Shown in pieces: positions 1 through 11,040 of a stretch of 33,347 nucleotides of DNA. Source of the stretch: Candidatus Rokuibacteriota bacterium (GTDB taxonomy: Bacteria; Methylomirabilota; Methylomirabilia; Rokubacteriales; DASRDR01). The stretch covers positions 1 through 33,347 of the forward strand of contig JBIOTN010000173.1 of the NCBI GenBank assembly GCA_044866005.1, in the 5' to 3' direction. A program made the position numbers and the translations under genes. How positions within the stretch are numbered: position 1 is the stretch's first letter; each line of letters starts with the position of its first letter. The notes under the pieces are model-generated. The model had not been told where the DNA came from. It saw nothing but the letters and a program-made list of their open reading frames with translations, and did no database searches.

Positions 1-364
1 GCACCCCGAGCGCGCCGGCCTGCAGCGCGAACGCGATCGAGAGGTTCGAGTGGTCCTCCACCTCGAGGGGGCCGGGCACCCGCTGCTCGACCGCGCGGCG
101 GTAGTTGTAGCCGAGGCCGGCGCTCACGTTGCCGACCCACGCCGCGATCACCCGGCGCACGCAGCCCGCGCCGATGAGCTGGTCGAACAGGATGTCGGAG
201 ATGGGGCCGATGAGGGTGAGGTCGCGCCGGCCCTGGCGGATCAGCTCGTGGCCCGCCGCGAAGGGAATGAGCGCCTCGAGCGCCGTGCCCATGCAGATCG
301 AGGCGCCGTCCGGGACGAAGCGGGCGACGGCGTCCCGCATGGACATGAGCTTGGGCCGGGGCAC
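1..364 (-). CDS. CoA-transferase subunit A (glutaconate CoA-transferase GctA-like); runs off the window edge
   Basis: Not in the ORF track. Manual translation from GTG at 364 gives MPRPKLMSMRDAVARFVPDGASICMGTALEALIPFAAGHELIRQGRRDLTLIGPISDILFDQLIGAGCVRRVIAAWVGN...VEDHSNLSIAFALQAGALGV, typical of family I CoA-transferase A subunits. A -10-like TAAGAT lies 6 nt upstream of the start. Confidence 0.85.
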   Translation of the reverse strand, partial: MPRPKLMSMRDAVARFVPDGASICMGTALEALIPFAAGHELIRQGRRDLTLIGPISDILFDQLIGAGCVRRVIAAWVGNVSAGLGYNYRRAVEQRVPGPLEVEDHSNLSIAFALQAGALGV

Positions 365-384
365 CCCGGTATCTTACTCCACGC

Positions 385-1344
385 TCAGAGCGCGGCGGCG
401 TACCTCTCGGGATCGGCGTCGAACAGGTCCTTGCAGCGCCCGCAGCAGAAGTAGACGGAGCGCCCGGCCCAGTCCGACTGGTAACGCGCGGTGGCGGTCT
501 CCACCGTCATGCCGCAGATCGGATCCTTCGCGTCCGCGGCCGGCTCGAAGGCGGCCACCGTCACGTGATCGGTCTTGCCGCTGTGGCGCGCGTGGATGAT
601 CTCGGCGAGGATGCTGACCGCGATCTCCTCGGGCGTCACCGCGCCGAGGTCGAGCCCCGCCGGCGCCTTGAGCCGCGCCAGGCGCTCGGCGGGCACCCCG
701 CGCGCCTGGAGCGCCTCGAGGACCGCGCGGGCCCGCGTCGGGCTCGCCACCAGGCTGACGTAGCCGGCCGGGCTCCTGAGCGCCTCGTCGAGCGCGTCCT
801 CGTCGAAACGGCCGTGGGTCGCCACCACGATCGCCGTTCCCGGCGTGATGGCGACCGCGCCGAGCGCCTCCACGACCCGGCCGGCCCCGGGCCGCCGCGC
901 CGAGTCGCGCTCGACCTCCACCACGTCGAAGCTCACGTCCGCAGCGAGACGGGCCAGGGTCGCCACGGCCGGGCCCCTCCCGACCAGGACGAGCTGCGGC
1001 TTGGGAAGCGACGGCTCGATGTAGATCTCGAGCGTCCCGCCGCTGTGGCAGCTCATCGCGAGGACCCGCACGCCCGGCCGTCCGCCGAGGCCCGTCCCGC
1101 CTTCGCCCACGAGCGCGACCAGGCGCGGCTCCCCGTCGCGCAGCGCGGCGAGCGCCTCCGTGACGACGACGGGCTCGGCGCAGCTCCCGCCGATCCACCC
1201 CGAGACCGTGCCGTCCTGACGGATGAGCGCCCTGGCGCCGGGCTTGGCCGAGGTCGGCCGCTCGCACCGGACCACGGTCGCGACGGCGAAGGGCTCCCGC
1301 CGCCGGGCGAGCTCGTACGCCAGGGCCAGGAGGTCATCCGGCAT
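385..1344 (-). CDS. XdhC/CoxF-family molybdoenzyme maturation factor with C-terminal YHS domain
   Basis: ATVVR..PTSAKPGA, GWIGGSC, CHSGG.LEIYIEP, VATHG..DE and APAGLDLGAVTPEEIAVSILAEI are XdhC motifs. DPICGMTV...YFCCGRCK.LF..DPERY is a YHS motif. Lies directly downstream of coxL. Confidence 0.9.
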   Translation of the reverse strand: MPDDLLALAYELARRREPFAVATVVRCERPTSAKPGARALIRQDGTVSGWIGGSCAEPVVVTEALAALRDGEPRLVALVGEGGTGLGGRPGVRVLAMSCHSGGTLEIYIEPSLPKPQLVLVGRGPAVATLARLAADVSFDVVEVERDSARRPGAGRVVEALGAVAITPGTAIVVATHGRFDEDALDEALRSPAGYVSLVASPTRARAVLEALQARGVPAERLARLKAPAGLDLGAVTPEEIAVSILAEIIHARHSGKTDHVTVAAFEPAADAKDPICGMTVETATARYQSDWAGRSVYFCCGRCKDLFDADPERYAAAL

Positions 1345-1387
1345 CGAGGGGCTCTCGCAAGCGCCCGCGCGTCACGACGGTCCGCCT

Positions 1388-3772
1388 CTACTCGCTCACC
1401 CCGTGCGCCCGGAGGAGCGCCCAGACCTTCGCGGGCGTGATGGGGATGTCCACGTGGCGCACGCCCAGGTGCCAGAGCGCGTCCACCACGGCGTTGGCGA
1501 TCGCCGCGGGGGCCCCCACCGTGGCGGACTCGCCGACGCCCTTCGCCCCGAGCGGGTGGTGGGGCGACGGGGTGCAGGTCTTGTCGGTCTCCCACTTCGG
1601 CGTCTCCACGGCGGTGGGCAGGAGATAGTCCACGAAGCTCCCGCCGCGGATGTTTCCCTGCTCGTCGTAGGAGATCTCCTCGTAGAGCGCCGGGGCGAGC
1701 CCCATCGTGAGGCCGCCGTGGATCTGGCCTTCCACGATCATCGGGTTGATGATGTTCCCGCAGTCGTCCACCGCCACGAAGCGGCGGACCTTGACCTCGC
1801 CGGTGCCCTTGTCGATGTCCACGACGCAGACGTAGCTCCCGAAGGGGAAGGTCAGGTTCGGCGGGTCGTAGTAGGAGACCGCCTCGAGTCCGGCTTCCAT
1901 GCCCTGCGGGTGGTTCGTGTAGGCGGCGAAGGCGATCTCCTGGATCGTCTTGGCGCGACCCGGCGCGCCCTTCACGGAGAACCGGCCCGGCTCCCAGGTG
2001 AGGTCCTCCTCGGCCGCTTCCAGGAGGTGCGCGGCGATCTTCCGCGCCTTGTCGCGGATCTTCCGCGCCGCCATGGCCGCAGCCCCGCCGGCCGTGGGGG
2101 TGGAGCGGCTGGCGTAGGTTCCGAGCCCGTAGGGCGCGGTGTCCGTGTCGCCCTCCTCGACCTGGATGTGGGCCGCCGGGATCCCCAGCTCCTGGGCCAG
2201 GATCTGGGCGTAGGTGGTCTCGTGCCCCTGGCCCTGGGACTTGGTCCCGAAGCGGGCGATCGCCTTGCCCGTGGGGTGGATCCGAATCTCGCAGCTGTCG
2301 AACATCTTGAGCCCGAGGATGTCGAAGTGCTTGGAGGGACCGGCGCCCACGATCTCGGTGAAGCTCGAGATGCCGATGCCCATCAGCTCCCCGCTCCGGC
2401 GCCGCTCGACCTGCTCGCGCCGGAGCTCCGCGTACCCGATCCGGTCCATGGCCTTCCGGAGGGCCGCCGCGTAGTCGCCGCTGTCGTACTCCCAGCCCAG
2501 GGCCGACCGGTACGGGAACTGCTCGGGCTTGATGAAGTTCTTCAGCCGGAACTCCGCGGGGTCCATCCCGAGCTCGTGCGCCATCAGGTCGGCCATCCGC
2601 TCGATCGTGTGGACGGCTTCGGTGACGCGGAAGGAGCAGCGGTAGGCGATCCCGCCGGGCGGCTTGTTCGTGTAGACGCCGTCGACCTCCACGTGGGCCG
2701 CCTTGAAGTCGTAGGAGCCCGTGCAGATGTGGAAGAGCCCCGCCGGGAACTTCGAGGGGTTGGCCGCCGCGTCGGTGTATCCGTGGTCGGCGAGGGTCTT
2801 GATCCTGAGCGCCGTGAGCGTGCCGTCTTTCCGTGCCGCGACCTCGGCGGTGATGTGGTAGTCGCGCGCGAAGGAGTCGGCCTGGAGGTTCTCCATCCGG
2901 TCCTCCACCCACTTGACCGGCTTGCCCGTGAGGACGGAGGCCGCGACGGCGATCACGTAGCCCGGATAGACGGGGACCTTGCCTCCGAAGCCGCCTCCGA
3001 TGTCGGGCGAGATGATGCGGATCTTGTGCTCCTCCAGGCCGACGTGGCCGGCGACGAGGGCGAAGACCGTGCGGATCGCGTGGGGCGCCTGGGTCGTCAT
3101 CCAGACGGTGAGCTTTCCGCTGACCTTGTCGAACTGCGCCACGCACCCGCAGGTCTCGATCGACGCCACGTGGATGCGCGGGAGGTAGATGTCCTGCTTG
3201 ACCGTCACCGCCGCGTCCCGGAACGCGCGGTCGGTCGCGGCCCGGTCCCCCCACTCCCAGTGCCAGATGTGGTTGTCGTGCTTGTCCTTCTTGTCGGTGC
3301 GCAGCACCGGGGCGCCGGGCTCGAGGGCCTTCCGGGGATCGACGACGGCGGGGAGCGACTCGTACTGGACCTCGACGGCGTCGACGCCGTCGGCGGCGAC
3401 GTAGCGGTCGGTGGCGAGAACCGCCGCCACCTCCTGGGCCTGGTACATCACGCGCTCCACCGGCAGCACCATCTGCGTGTCCGACATGAGGGTCGGCATC
3501 CAGTGGAGGTTGTACTTCGCGAGGTCCTGGCCGGTGATGACGGCCAGCACGCCGGGGATCGCCAGCGCCTTCGATGCGTCGATCTTCTTGATCCGGGCGT
3601 GGGCGAACGGGCTCCGGACGATGTCGAGGTAGAGCATCCCGGGAAGCTGGATGTCGTCGACGTACGTCCCCTTCCCCCGGATGAAGCGCGGGTCTTCCTT
3701 CCGCTTCACCGAGTGCCCCATGCCGCCGACCTCGGCCGATGTGCGCGGGAGCGAACTCTGAGGCGCCATCAT
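1388..3772 (-). CDS. coxL: Aerobic carbon monoxide dehydrogenase large subunit, form I
   Basis: Active-site motif AYRCSFR (form I signature AYxCSFR), plus GGGFGGK, QGQGHET and GAKGVGE. Start ATG at 3772 overlaps the coxS stop (ATGA), with a GGAGGG RBS. Confidence 0.96.
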   Translation of the reverse strand: MMAPQSSLPRTSAEVGGMGHSVKRKEDPRFIRGKGTYVDDIQLPGMLYLDIVRSPFAHARIKKIDASKALAIPGVLAVITGQDLAKYNLHWMPTLMSDTQMVLPVERVMYQAQEVAAVLATDRYVAADGVDAVEVQYESLPAVVDPRKALEPGAPVLRTDKKDKHDNHIWHWEWGDRAATDRAFRDAAVTVKQDIYLPRIHVASIETCGCVAQFDKVSGKLTVWMTTQAPHAIRTVFALVAGHVGLEEHKIRIISPDIGGGFGGKVPVYPGYVIAVAASVLTGKPVKWVEDRMENLQADSFARDYHITAEVAARKDGTLTALRIKTLADHGYTDAAANPSKFPAGLFHICTGSYDFKAAHVEVDGVYTNKPPGGIAYRCSFRVTEAVHTIERMADLMAHELGMDPAEFRLKNFIKPEQFPYRSALGWEYDSGDYAAALRKAMDRIGYAELRREQVERRRSGELMGIGISSFTEIVGAGPSKHFDILGLKMFDSCEIRIHPTGKAIARFGTKSQGQGHETTYAQILAQELGIPAAHIQVEEGDTDTAPYGLGTYASRSTPTAGGAAAMAARKIRDKARKIAAHLLEAAEEDLTWEPGRFSVKGAPGRAKTIQEIAFAAYTNHPQGMEAGLEAVSYYDPPNLTFPFGSYVCVVDIDKGTGEVKVRRFVAVDDCGNIINPMIVEGQIHGGLTMGLAPALYEEISYDEQGNIRGGSFVDYLLPTAVETPKWETDKTCTPSPHHPLGAKGVGESATVGAPAAIANAVVDALWHLGVRHVDIPITPAKVWALLRAHGVSE

Positions 3773-4242
3773 GCCCCTCCCTGCCGCATCGCGGCCGCGG
3801 CGTGCTCGATCGCCTTCACGATGTTCACGTAGCCGGTGCAGCGGCAGAGGTTCCCCGAGATCGCCACGCGAATCTGCTCCTCCGTGGGGTCTTTGTGCTT
3901 CTGCAGGAAGGCGTACCCGGTCATCAGCATCCCCGGTGTGCAGTAGCCGCACTGGAGGCCGTGCTCCTGCATGAACCCGTCCTGGACCGGATGGAGCTTG
4001 CCGTCCTGCTCGAGCCCCTCCACCGTCATGAGCTGTCGCCCGTGGGCCTGGACCGCGAACACGGTGCACGACTTCACGGGCCGGCCGTCGAGCAACACGG
4101 TGCACGCCCCGCAGTGTGTCGTGTCGCACCCGATGTGCGTCCCGGTCAGGCGCAGGACCTCGCGGATCAGGTGCACCAGGAGCAGCCGGGGCTCCACCTC
4201 CGCCTCGCGCCGCTCGCCGTTGATCGTCAGCTCGACGCGCAT
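3769..4242 (-). CDS. coxS: CO dehydrogenase small (2x[2Fe-2S]) subunit
   Basis: C-terminal part of ORF 3769..8784: [35 protein letters not shown] before ATG 4242; GTG 4251 is an alternative start. Confidence 0.95.
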   Translation of the reverse strand: MRVELTINGERREAEVEPRLLLVHLIREVLRLTGTHIGCDTTHCGACTVLLDGRPVKSCTVFAVQAHGRQLMTVEGLEQDGKLHPVQDGFMQEHGLQCGYCTPGMLMTGYAFLQKHKDPTEEQIRVAISGNLCRCTGYVNIVKAIEHAAAAMRQGGA

Positions 4243-4247
4243 GACCG

Positions 4248-5123
4248 TCACCTCCGCCCGCCGGCGCGCTCGAGCGCTCGGCGCAGCGCCCGGGCCGTCA
4301 ACACCCGCACGAGATCGCGCTTGTACTCGGCCGGTCCCCGGAGGTCTGCCGTGGGCTGGGACGCCTCGGCGGCCAGCTGCGCCGCCTGCGCGAGGGCGGC
4401 CTGGTCGAGCCGCTTCCCGGCGAGGAAGGCTTCGGCCTTCCGGGCCTGGATCGCGGTGGCCCCGACGTTGGTGAGCCCGATGCCCGCCCGCTCGCAGGCG
4501 CCGTCCGGGCTCAGCGTGACCTGCGCCGCGACCGCGGCCGCGGCGAAGTCCCCGACCTTCCGCTCGACCTTGAGGTAGGCGCCGCCGGTCCGGGGTGCCG
4601 GCGCGGGCACGCGCACCTCCACGAGGATCTCGTCGGGAGCGAGGGCGGTCGTGAAGAGCCCGGTGAAGAACGCCTCGACCGGGATCCGCCGCTCGCCTCG
4701 CGGGCCCGCGGCCACCAGCTCCGCCCGCACCGCGAGCATCGTCGCGGGGTGGTCGTTGGCGGGATCGGCGTGCGCGAGGTTGCCGCACACCGTCGCCAGG
4801 TTCCGGACCAGGGGATCGGCGAGGACGCGCGTCGTGTCGGCCAGGATGGGGTAGCGCGTGGCGACCAGGTCGGATTCCTCCAGATCGGCTTCCCGGGCCA
4901 GCGCGCCGATCCTGAGGACGCCGTTCTCTTCGCGGATGTAGCCGAGCCCGGGGATGCGGTTGATGTCGACGACGTGCCGCGGCGTGGCGAGCCTGAGCTT
5001 CATCAGCGGGATGAGGCTCTGCCCGCCCGAGAGGATCTTGGCGTCGTCGCCGTAGCGGGTGAGCAAGGCCGTGGCGTCCGGGATCGAGGTGGGCGCGTGG
5101 TACTCGAAGGCGGCCGGGATCAT
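4248..5123 (-). CDS. coxM: CO dehydrogenase medium (FAD) subunit
   Basis: [46 protein letters not shown]. The M-S-L gene order is typical of form I clusters. Confidence 0.95.
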   Translation of the reverse strand: MIPAAFEYHAPTSIPDATALLTRYGDDAKILSGGQSLIPLMKLRLATPRHVVDINRIPGLGYIREENGVLRIGALAREADLEESDLVATRYPILADTTRVLADPLVRNLATVCGNLAHADPANDHPATMLAVRAELVAAGPRGERRIPVEAFFTGLFTTALAPDEILVEVRVPAPAPRTGGAYLKVERKVGDFAAAAVAAQVTLSPDGACERAGIGLTNVGATAIQARKAEAFLAGKRLDQAALAQAAQLAAEASQPTADLRGPAEYKRDLVRVLTARALRRALERAGGRR

Positions 5124-5203
5124 ACGTGGCCCTCTCTCGTCCGGGGCGAAGCGGCGGGTCGCAACGGACGGCTTGGAACCCGGAGACGGCGCTCAGCCCC
5201 CGG

Positions 5204-5232
5204 ATACTAGAAGCCGACGCCGGGCTTGTCAA
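5204..5232 (-). promoter_or_regulatory. sigma70-type promoter for coxMSL
   Basis: Minus strand TTGACA (5232-5227), 17-bp spacer, TAGTAT (5209-5204), about 80 bp upstream of coxM. Confidence 0.7.
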
Positions 5233-5289
5233 GCGCGCGGGACGCCCGGGAGGCCAGTCGGGCCACCACGCCTGTTGGGCCGCCACGCC

Positions 5290-5319
5290 TTGACAACGGC
5301 CGGGCCCCGCGGCTACCGT
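5290..5319 (+). promoter_or_regulatory. Divergent sigma70-type promoter for the binding-protein gene
   Basis: TTGACA (5290-5295), 18-bp spacer, TACCGT (5314-5319). Confidence 0.55.
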
Positions 5320-5379
5320 GGCGCCACCTGTCGTCCCGGCGCGCCCCGAATCGCGCCAACCACACGAGGAGGTGGCCCC

Positions 5380-7005
5380 ATGAAGCCAGGCCCGTCCGTC
5401 CCCCCGACTCCTGCTCTCGACGCGCTGCGCCAGGCCTGGCAGGCCGGCCGTCTCTCGCGCCGGGAATTCCTCGGCCGCGCCGCCGGGCTCGGCCTCGGCG
5501 CCGCGGCCGCCGCCGCGCTCGCCGAGACGGCCGGGCCGCGAGGCGCCTCCGCCCAGACCGGGCAGAAGCGCGACTTCGTGGTGGCCCAGGGCGGCGACGT
5601 CTCGAAGCTCGATCCGCACTTCTCGACGTCGTCCAACGACATCCGCGTGTCCTTCAACGTCTTCGACAACCTCACGAACCGCTACCCGAACGACCGACTG
5701 GCGCCCGGCCTGGCGACCGAGTGGAAGAACAGCGCGCCGACGACGTGGACCTTCAAGCTCCGCCAGGGGGTGCGCTTCCACAACGGCGATGCCTTCAGCT
5801 CCGCCGACGTCAAGTTTTCCATCGAGCGGACCTACGACCCGAGCGTGAAGACCATGGTCGCGAGCGTCTTCACCACCGTGGACCGGATCGAGACGCCCGA
5901 CGCCGCGACCGTGGTCGTCCACACCAAGAAGCCCGACCCCCTCCTCCCCGCGCGCCTGGCCTTCTACGGCGGCCAGATCGTGCCGAAGCGGTACGTCGAG
6001 CAGGCCGGCAACGACGCCTTCAACCAGAAGCCCGTCGGCACCGGCCCCGTCCGCTTCGTCTCCTGGACGAAGGACGACCGGCTCGTCCTCGAGGCGAACC
6101 CCGACTACTGGGGCGGGAAGATCGACGTGGACCGGGTCGTCTTCCGGCCCGTCCCGGAGACCGCCCCCCGCGTGGCGGGTCTCCTCAAGGGCGAGTTCGA
6201 CGCCATCACCCAGCTCACGCCCGACCACTGGGACCGCGTGAACCAGAGCGCCACGACGAAGGGCGTCTCCGCCCTCTACGCCGGCCTCTACGTCCTCGGC
6301 ACGAACTCCAAGGTCAAGCCGCTGGACAACTGGACGCTCAAGCGCGCCATGCAGCTCGGTGTCGACCGGGAGGCCCTCGTCAAGGACCTCTGGCGCGGGC
6401 GCGGGGTCATCCCCAACAGTCCCATCGCCAGGGGGGACAACCACTACGACGCCGCCCTCCCGCCCCTCCGCTACGACCCCCGCGAGGCGCGCGAACTCGT
6501 CAAGCGCTCGGGCTACCGGGGGGAGCCGATCTACCTGGAGACGACGGTCGGCCTCATCGCCAACGACAAGCCCATGTCGGAGGCGATCGCGGCCATGTGG
6601 AAGGACGTCGGGATCAACGTCGTGGTCGAGGTCATCGAGTTCTCGGTGCGCGCCCAGAAGAACCGCGAGCGGACCTTCAAGGGCCTCTGGTGGTCCGACC
6701 CGACCTCGACCCTCCGGGACCCCGACGGGATGATGTGGCGGCTCATGTCGCCGGGCGGGCCCCACGACTACTGGCGGCATCCCGAGTTCGACGAGCTGGG
6801 GAACGCCGCCCGCTTCTCGATCGACGAGAGCTTCCGGGGCAAGGCGTACCGGCGGATGACGGAGCTCTTCCTCGAGTACAACCCCTGGATCATCGTGATC
6901 CAGCCCTACGAGGACTACGGGCTCCAGAAGTCCGTCGAGTTCACCCCGAACCCGAACCAGGCCTTCGAGCTCCGCCGCTTCAACCTGCGCGTCCGCCAAG
7001 CCTAG
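5380..7005 (+). CDS. ABC transporter substrate-binding protein, family 5 (DppA/OppA-like), Tat signal
   Basis: SRREFL twin-arginine motif; [41 protein letters not shown] before ATG 5380. No permease or ATPase genes adjacent. Confidence 0.92.
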   Translation: MKPGPSVPPTPALDALRQAWQAGRLSRREFLGRAAGLGLGAAAAAALAETAGPRGASAQTGQKRDFVVAQGGDVSKLDPHFSTSSNDIRVSFNVFDNLTNRYPNDRLAPGLATEWKNSAPTTWTFKLRQGVRFHNGDAFSSADVKFSIERTYDPSVKTMVASVFTTVDRIETPDAATVVVHTKKPDPLLPARLAFYGGQIVPKRYVEQAGNDAFNQKPVGTGPVRFVSWTKDDRLVLEANPDYWGGKIDVDRVVFRPVPETAPRVAGLLKGEFDAITQLTPDHWDRVNQSATTKGVSALYAGLYVLGTNSKVKPLDNWTLKRAMQLGVDREALVKDLWRGRGVIPNSPIARGDNHYDAALPPLRYDPREARELVKRSGYRGEPIYLETTVGLIANDKPMSEAIAAMWKDVGINVVVEVIEFSVRAQKNRERTFKGLWWSDPTSTLRDPDGMMWRLMSPGGPHDYWRHPEFDELGNAARFSIDESFRGKAYRRMTELFLEYNPWIIVIQPYEDYGLQKSVEFTPNPNQAFELRRFNLRVRQA

Positions 7006-7071
7006 CCGCGGCGCGGCCGCCCCCGGCGGCGACCCCAGGCGATCGACCGGCTCGCGCGCGCACGGCGTTCC

Positions 7072-7101
7072 TTGCGTCCCGCGACGGCTTTCGTCTATGA
7101 T
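7072..7101 (+). promoter_or_regulatory. Putative promoter of the hsd operon
   Basis: TTGCGT (7072-7077), 18-bp spacer, TATGAT (7096-7101), 45 bp upstream of the hsdR GTG. Confidence 0.5.
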
Positions 7102-7146
7102 CTGAGCCGCTTTTGCCGGCCGTTCGCGTCGTCGGGGGGAGGGAAC

Positions 7147-9522
7147 GTGGGGCTGAGCGAAGCCGACACCCGGGCCAAGCTGATCGATCCCGCCCTGCAT
7201 GCCCGGGGGTGGACCGAGGATTTGATCCGGCGCGAAGAGTGCGCCGGGACGGTCGAGATCATCGACGGTTGCCCGCGCCGGCAGGCCCGCGGACGGATCG
7301 ATTACACGCTCCGGGTCAAGGTGAACCCGGACACCCAGCCCGTCGCGGTCGCGCTCATCGAGGCCAAAGCCGAGCATCTGCCGCCCACCCACGGCCTGGA
7401 GCAGGGAAAGCTGTACGGAGCCTGCAAGCGGCTCAACGTCCAGGTCGTCTTCGCCTCGAACGGGCACCTGTTCGTCGAATTCGACCGCTCGACCGGCCAG
7501 ACCCAGCCGCCGCGTCAGCTGTCGGAGTTCCCCACGCCGGCCGATCTCCGGGCTCGATACGAGAAGATGCTGGGCTTCAGCCTCGAAGCGCCGGCGGCGC
7601 GGCCGCTGCTCGCGAGGTATGCACGCGGCGAGGCGACTCGGCGCTACTACCAGGACGCGGCCATCCGCGCGGTGCTCGAAAAGATCGCCAAGGGCGACAA
7701 GCGGGCACTCCTGTCCCTCGCCACCGGCGCCGGGAAGACCTTCATCGCCGTGAACCTCCTTCGGCGCATCGCGGATGCGGGACAGCTCCGCCGCGCCCTC
7801 TTCGTCTGCGACCGTGACGAGCTGCGAAGCCAGGGCCTGGGCGCCTTCCAGAACGAATTCGGCGCGGACGCCGCGCCGGTGTCTGGGGACAACCCTCAGA
7901 AGAATGCCCGCGTCCTCATCGCCACGTATCAGACCCTGGACGTGGACACGGACGAGGCGGATGCGAACTTCCTCACGACCCACTACCCCGAAAACTACTT
8001 CAGCCACGTCGTCATCGACGAATGCCACCGCTCCGCCTGGGGCAAATGGTCGCAGGTCCTCACGCGCAACCCGGACGCGGTGCAGATCGGTCTCACCGCG
8101 ACCCCTCGCCAGATCGACATTCCAGAGAAGAGTGCCGAGGCCGAAGCCGACAAGCGCATCTCGGCAGATAACCTCCGCTACTTCGGTGAGCCGGTCTACG
8201 AGTACGACATGAGCCAGGGAATCGAGGACGGCTACCTGGCGGCCTGCGAGATCCTCCGCCGCGACATCTTCCTCGACGACAAGCCGCAGAGCGAGCGCGA
8301 GACCGGAATCGATCAAGAAGACCTGGTGCAGAAGGCGCTGAGCGACGCCGACACGGGGGAGCTCCTGGCGCCGGCGATCGCCCGCCAGCACTACGACGCC
8401 TACGTCTTCGAGGATCGACTGCTCCTGCCGGAGCGGGTCGCGACGATGTCCCGGGACCTCTTCGAGCACCTGGTCGCGACGGGTGGGCCGGAACAGAAGA
8501 CGATCATCTTCTGCGCCCGCGACCGGCATGCCGACGACGTCGCCAACGCCATGAACAATCTCTACGCCGCCTGGTGCGCCGAGAGCGGCCGGCCACGTCT
8601 CGAGCCGTACGCGTTCAAGTGCACGGCGGCGAGCGGCGGCGGCGACTATCTTCCCGAGCTCCGGGGCGCCGCGCGGCATCATCTCATCGCGACGACGGTC
8701 GATCTCCTGACGACCGGCGTGGATGTGCCGTGCGTCCGGAACGTCGTCTTCTTCAAGTACGTGCGCTCGCCGATCGCCTTCCACCAGATGGTAGGCCGGG
8801 GCACGCGGCTGGATACGCCGACGGGCAAGCTCATGTTCCGGGTCTACGACTACACCGACGCCACCCGGCTCTTCGGCAAGGAGTTCGTCAGCAAGACCGC
8901 CGGACCACGGAAGCCGCGCGAAGGTCCGGGGCCCGAGCCGCCGGAGCCGCCCGAGCGGACGATCCGCGTGGAGGGGTTCGACGTGCGGGTGACCGATGCC
9001 GGCCGGTACATCGTGGCCATGGTGGACGGCAAGGCCGTGCCCGTCACCGTGGAAGAGTACAAGCAGCGGCTGGCGGCCAAGCTCGTCGAGGAGGCTCCCA
9101 CGCTCGAAACCTTCCGCGCCCGCTGGATCACACCGGCAGAGCGCCAGGAGATGCTGGGCCGGCTACCGGACGCGGGCCGCTCGCCATTCCTTGTGCGCTC
9201 GCTCGAAGAGATGCTGGACTACGATCTCTACGACGTGCTGGCGGAGCTGGGGTACGGGCTGGCTCCCCGCACCCGAGCCCAGCGGGCGGGCGCCTTCGCC
9301 TACAAGCATCGGGCCTGGCTGTCGGGCCTCCCGCCGGACGCCGCCGAGACCTTGAAGGCGCTGTCGTCCCAGTTCGTCCTGGGCGGGACCGACAGCCTGG
9401 AGAACCCGCAGGTCTTCCAGACCCCGGAAGTCGTTCGGGCCGGCGGCCTCACTGCGCTGCGGGCTCTCGGCCGACCGGCCGAGGTGCTTCACGAGACCAA
9501 GGAAAAGATGTTCGCAGCCTGA
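7147..9522 (+). CDS. hsdR: Type I restriction enzyme R subunit (short EcoAI/EcoEI-like, ~790 aa)
   Basis: [12 protein letters not shown]-terminus; nuclease motif IDY...LIEAK; helicase motifs [42 protein letters not shown]-terminal domain. Start taken as GTG 7147. Confidence 0.93.
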   Translation: MGLSEADTRAKLIDPALHARGWTEDLIRREECAGTVEIIDGCPRRQARGRIDYTLRVKVNPDTQPVAVALIEAKAEHLPPTHGLEQGKLYGACKRLNVQVVFASNGHLFVEFDRSTGQTQPPRQLSEFPTPADLRARYEKMLGFSLEAPAARPLLARYARGEATRRYYQDAAIRAVLEKIAKGDKRALLSLATGAGKTFIAVNLLRRIADAGQLRRALFVCDRDELRSQGLGAFQNEFGADAAPVSGDNPQKNARVLIATYQTLDVDTDEADANFLTTHYPENYFSHVVIDECHRSAWGKWSQVLTRNPDAVQIGLTATPRQIDIPEKSAEAEADKRISADNLRYFGEPVYEYDMSQGIEDGYLAACEILRRDIFLDDKPQSERETGIDQEDLVQKALSDADTGELLAPAIARQHYDAYVFEDRLLLPERVATMSRDLFEHLVATGGPEQKTIIFCARDRHADDVANAMNNLYAAWCAESGRPRLEPYAFKCTAASGGGDYLPELRGAARHHLIATTVDLLTTGVDVPCVRNVVFFKYVRSPIAFHQMVGRGTRLDTPTGKLMFRVYDYTDATRLFGKEFVSKTAGPRKPREGPGPEPPEPPERTIRVEGFDVRVTDAGRYIVAMVDGKAVPVTVEEYKQRLAAKLVEEAPTLETFRARWITPAERQEMLGRLPDAGRSPFLVRSLEEMLDYDLYDVLAELGYGLAPRTRAQRAGAFAYKHRAWLSGLPPDAAETLKALSSQFVLGGTDSLENPQVFQTPEVVRAGGLTALRALGRPAEVLHETKEKMFAA

Positions 9523-9554
9523 GTCGTGGCCTAGAATGAGGAGAGGCCCGTCCG

Positions 9555-9791
9555 ATGCGCTTCTACACCTTCGCGATCGTGATCGAGCGGGAGGCCGAGG
9601 ACCAGGGCTATTCGGCCTACAGCCCGACCTTGCCCGGCTGCTTCAGCAACGGCAAGACGGTCGAGGAGGCCAAGCGCAACATCCGCGCCGCCATCCAGCA
9701 GCACGTCGAAGCCCTGCTCGCCCACGGCCAGCCCGTCCCGCAGAACGACCGGCTCGTCCACGTCGAGGAGTTGACCGTCGGGGTTCCCTGA
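9555..9791 (+). CDS. hicB: HicB-family antitoxin, short form without DNA-binding domain
   Basis: FAIVIERE..GYSAYSPTLPGCFSNGKTVEEAKRNIRAAI, 78 aa, GAGGAG RBS. Confidence 0.9.
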   Translation: MRFYTFAIVIEREAEDQGYSAYSPTLPGCFSNGKTVEEAKRNIRAAIQQHVEALLAHGQPVPQNDRLVHVEELTVGVP

Positions 9792-10017
9792 TGACGCGCC
9801 TCCCACAGCTCACGGCCCGTGAGCTGGTGAGGTTCCTCAAGTCGCAGGGATTCGTCGAAGACCGGCAGAGCGGCAGTCACCTGCCTTGTGGCACGAGCAG
9901 CGCAAGGTCACCGTCACCATCCCGATCCACACCGGCACCGACCTCGGCCGCGGCCTTGCCGTGCGAATCCTGAAGGACGCCGGCTTCTCCGTCGAGGACT
10001 ACCTTCGGTTGAAATGA
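9791..10017 (+). pseudogene. hicA: HicA-family mRNA interferase toxin with a 1-nt deletion frameshift at ~9884
   Basis: ATG 9791 reads MTRLPQLTARELVRFLKSQGFVEDRQSGSHL. After a 2-nt remnant (CC 9884-9885) it continues in another frame as LWHEQRKVTVTIPIHTGTDLGRGLAVRILKDAGFSVEDYLRLK* (TGA 10015-10017). Joined, this is a complete HicA. A sequencing error cannot be excluded. Confidence 0.87.
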
Positions 10018-10994
10018 ACACACAACGTGTCGACGCGCAAGTCAGTGAGTCTGACATTCGCCGAATCCCCAAGGGTTGGCAGCGACTACGGCTTGGAGAT
10101 GTTGGCGAGATTGTCTCGGGAGTAACTCTAGGTCGCAGGATGACCGGAACGCCGAGCCGCTCGGTTCCGTATCTGCGAGTCGCGAACGTTAAGGATGGCC
10201 GTATCGACCTGTCAGACGTGTACAAAATCGAAGCTACGGAGTTTGAGATCACCAAATGGCGCTTGAAGTGGGGCGATCTACTGCTGACTGAAGGAGGAGA
10301 CGCTGACAAACTCGGGCGAGGCACATATTGGGAAGGACAGATTCCCGAATGTCTTCACCAGAACCACATTTTTCGCGTTCGCTTTGACCTAAACACGATG
10401 TCACCACCCTTTGTAGCGGCGCTCATCGGTTCACCGTACGGAAAGGCCTATTTCCTGGCGCACGCCAAGCAGACGACCGGCATTGCGACCATCAACCAAA
10501 AGGTTCTGGCTGAGTTTCCCTTGTTGGTTCCGCCACTTCCTCAGCAACAGCGGATTGCAATGCTCCTGGCGGCCCAGCTGGCGGCCGTGGACCGGGCGCG
10601 CGCCGCCGTGGAAGCCCAGCTCGAGGAGGCAAAGAGCCTCGCAATCACCTACTTGCGGCAAGCCTTCCATGGAATCACGCCACTATCCGTTACGTCTGTT
10701 CGGGACCCGGCCCCTGCCGGATGGCAATGGAGGCATTTGACCAGCCTCGCTCGACTCGAAAGCGGGCACACACCGAGCCGGTATCACCCCGAATGGTGGG
10801 GAGGGGTAATCCCCTGGATAGCTCTGCCTGACATTCGCAAGCTGGACGGCCGGGTCGCCCATGAGACGACCGAGTACACGAACGAGGCCGGAATCGCCAA
10901 TTCGTCAGCTCGCGTGCTTCCCGCCGGCACAGTCGTGCTCTCACGGACGGCCTCGGTAGGGTTCGTCACCGTGATGGGGCGCGAAATGGCCACA
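10014..10994 (+). pseudogene. hsdS: Type I R-M specificity subunit, 5' part (TRD1, central conserved helix, first half of TRD2), interrupted by IS
   Basis: IPKGWQRLRLGDV, YLRVANV, GDLLLTEGG, PPLPQQQRIA, PAGWQW..L, LPAGTVVLSRTASVGFV. Low GC (28/60 in line 10201). The reading frame runs into the IS and stops at 11189. Confidence 0.9.
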
Positions 10995-11002
10995 ACCCTC
11001 TC

Positions 11003-11037
11003 TGCCAATATGGGTGAGACAGTGACCCCCTGGGAGT
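11003..11037 (+). repeat. Left terminal inverted repeat (IRL)
   Basis: TGCCAAT-N6-GAGACAG matches the reverse complement of 15983-16017. Confidence 0.8.
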
Positions 11038-11040
11038 TTA

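Noticed and set aside
1053..3832. Long alternative-frame and antisense ORFs over coxL (733 aa, 869 aa), and similar ones across the window
   Set aside because: Arg/Gly/Pro-rich with no motifs, and they overlap well-supported genes.
3769..8784. 1,671-aa minus-strand ORF
   Set aside because: Only the last ~158 aa (CoxS) are real. The rest is antisense to the binding-protein gene and hsdR, or off-frame in coxM, a stop-poor artefact of high GC.
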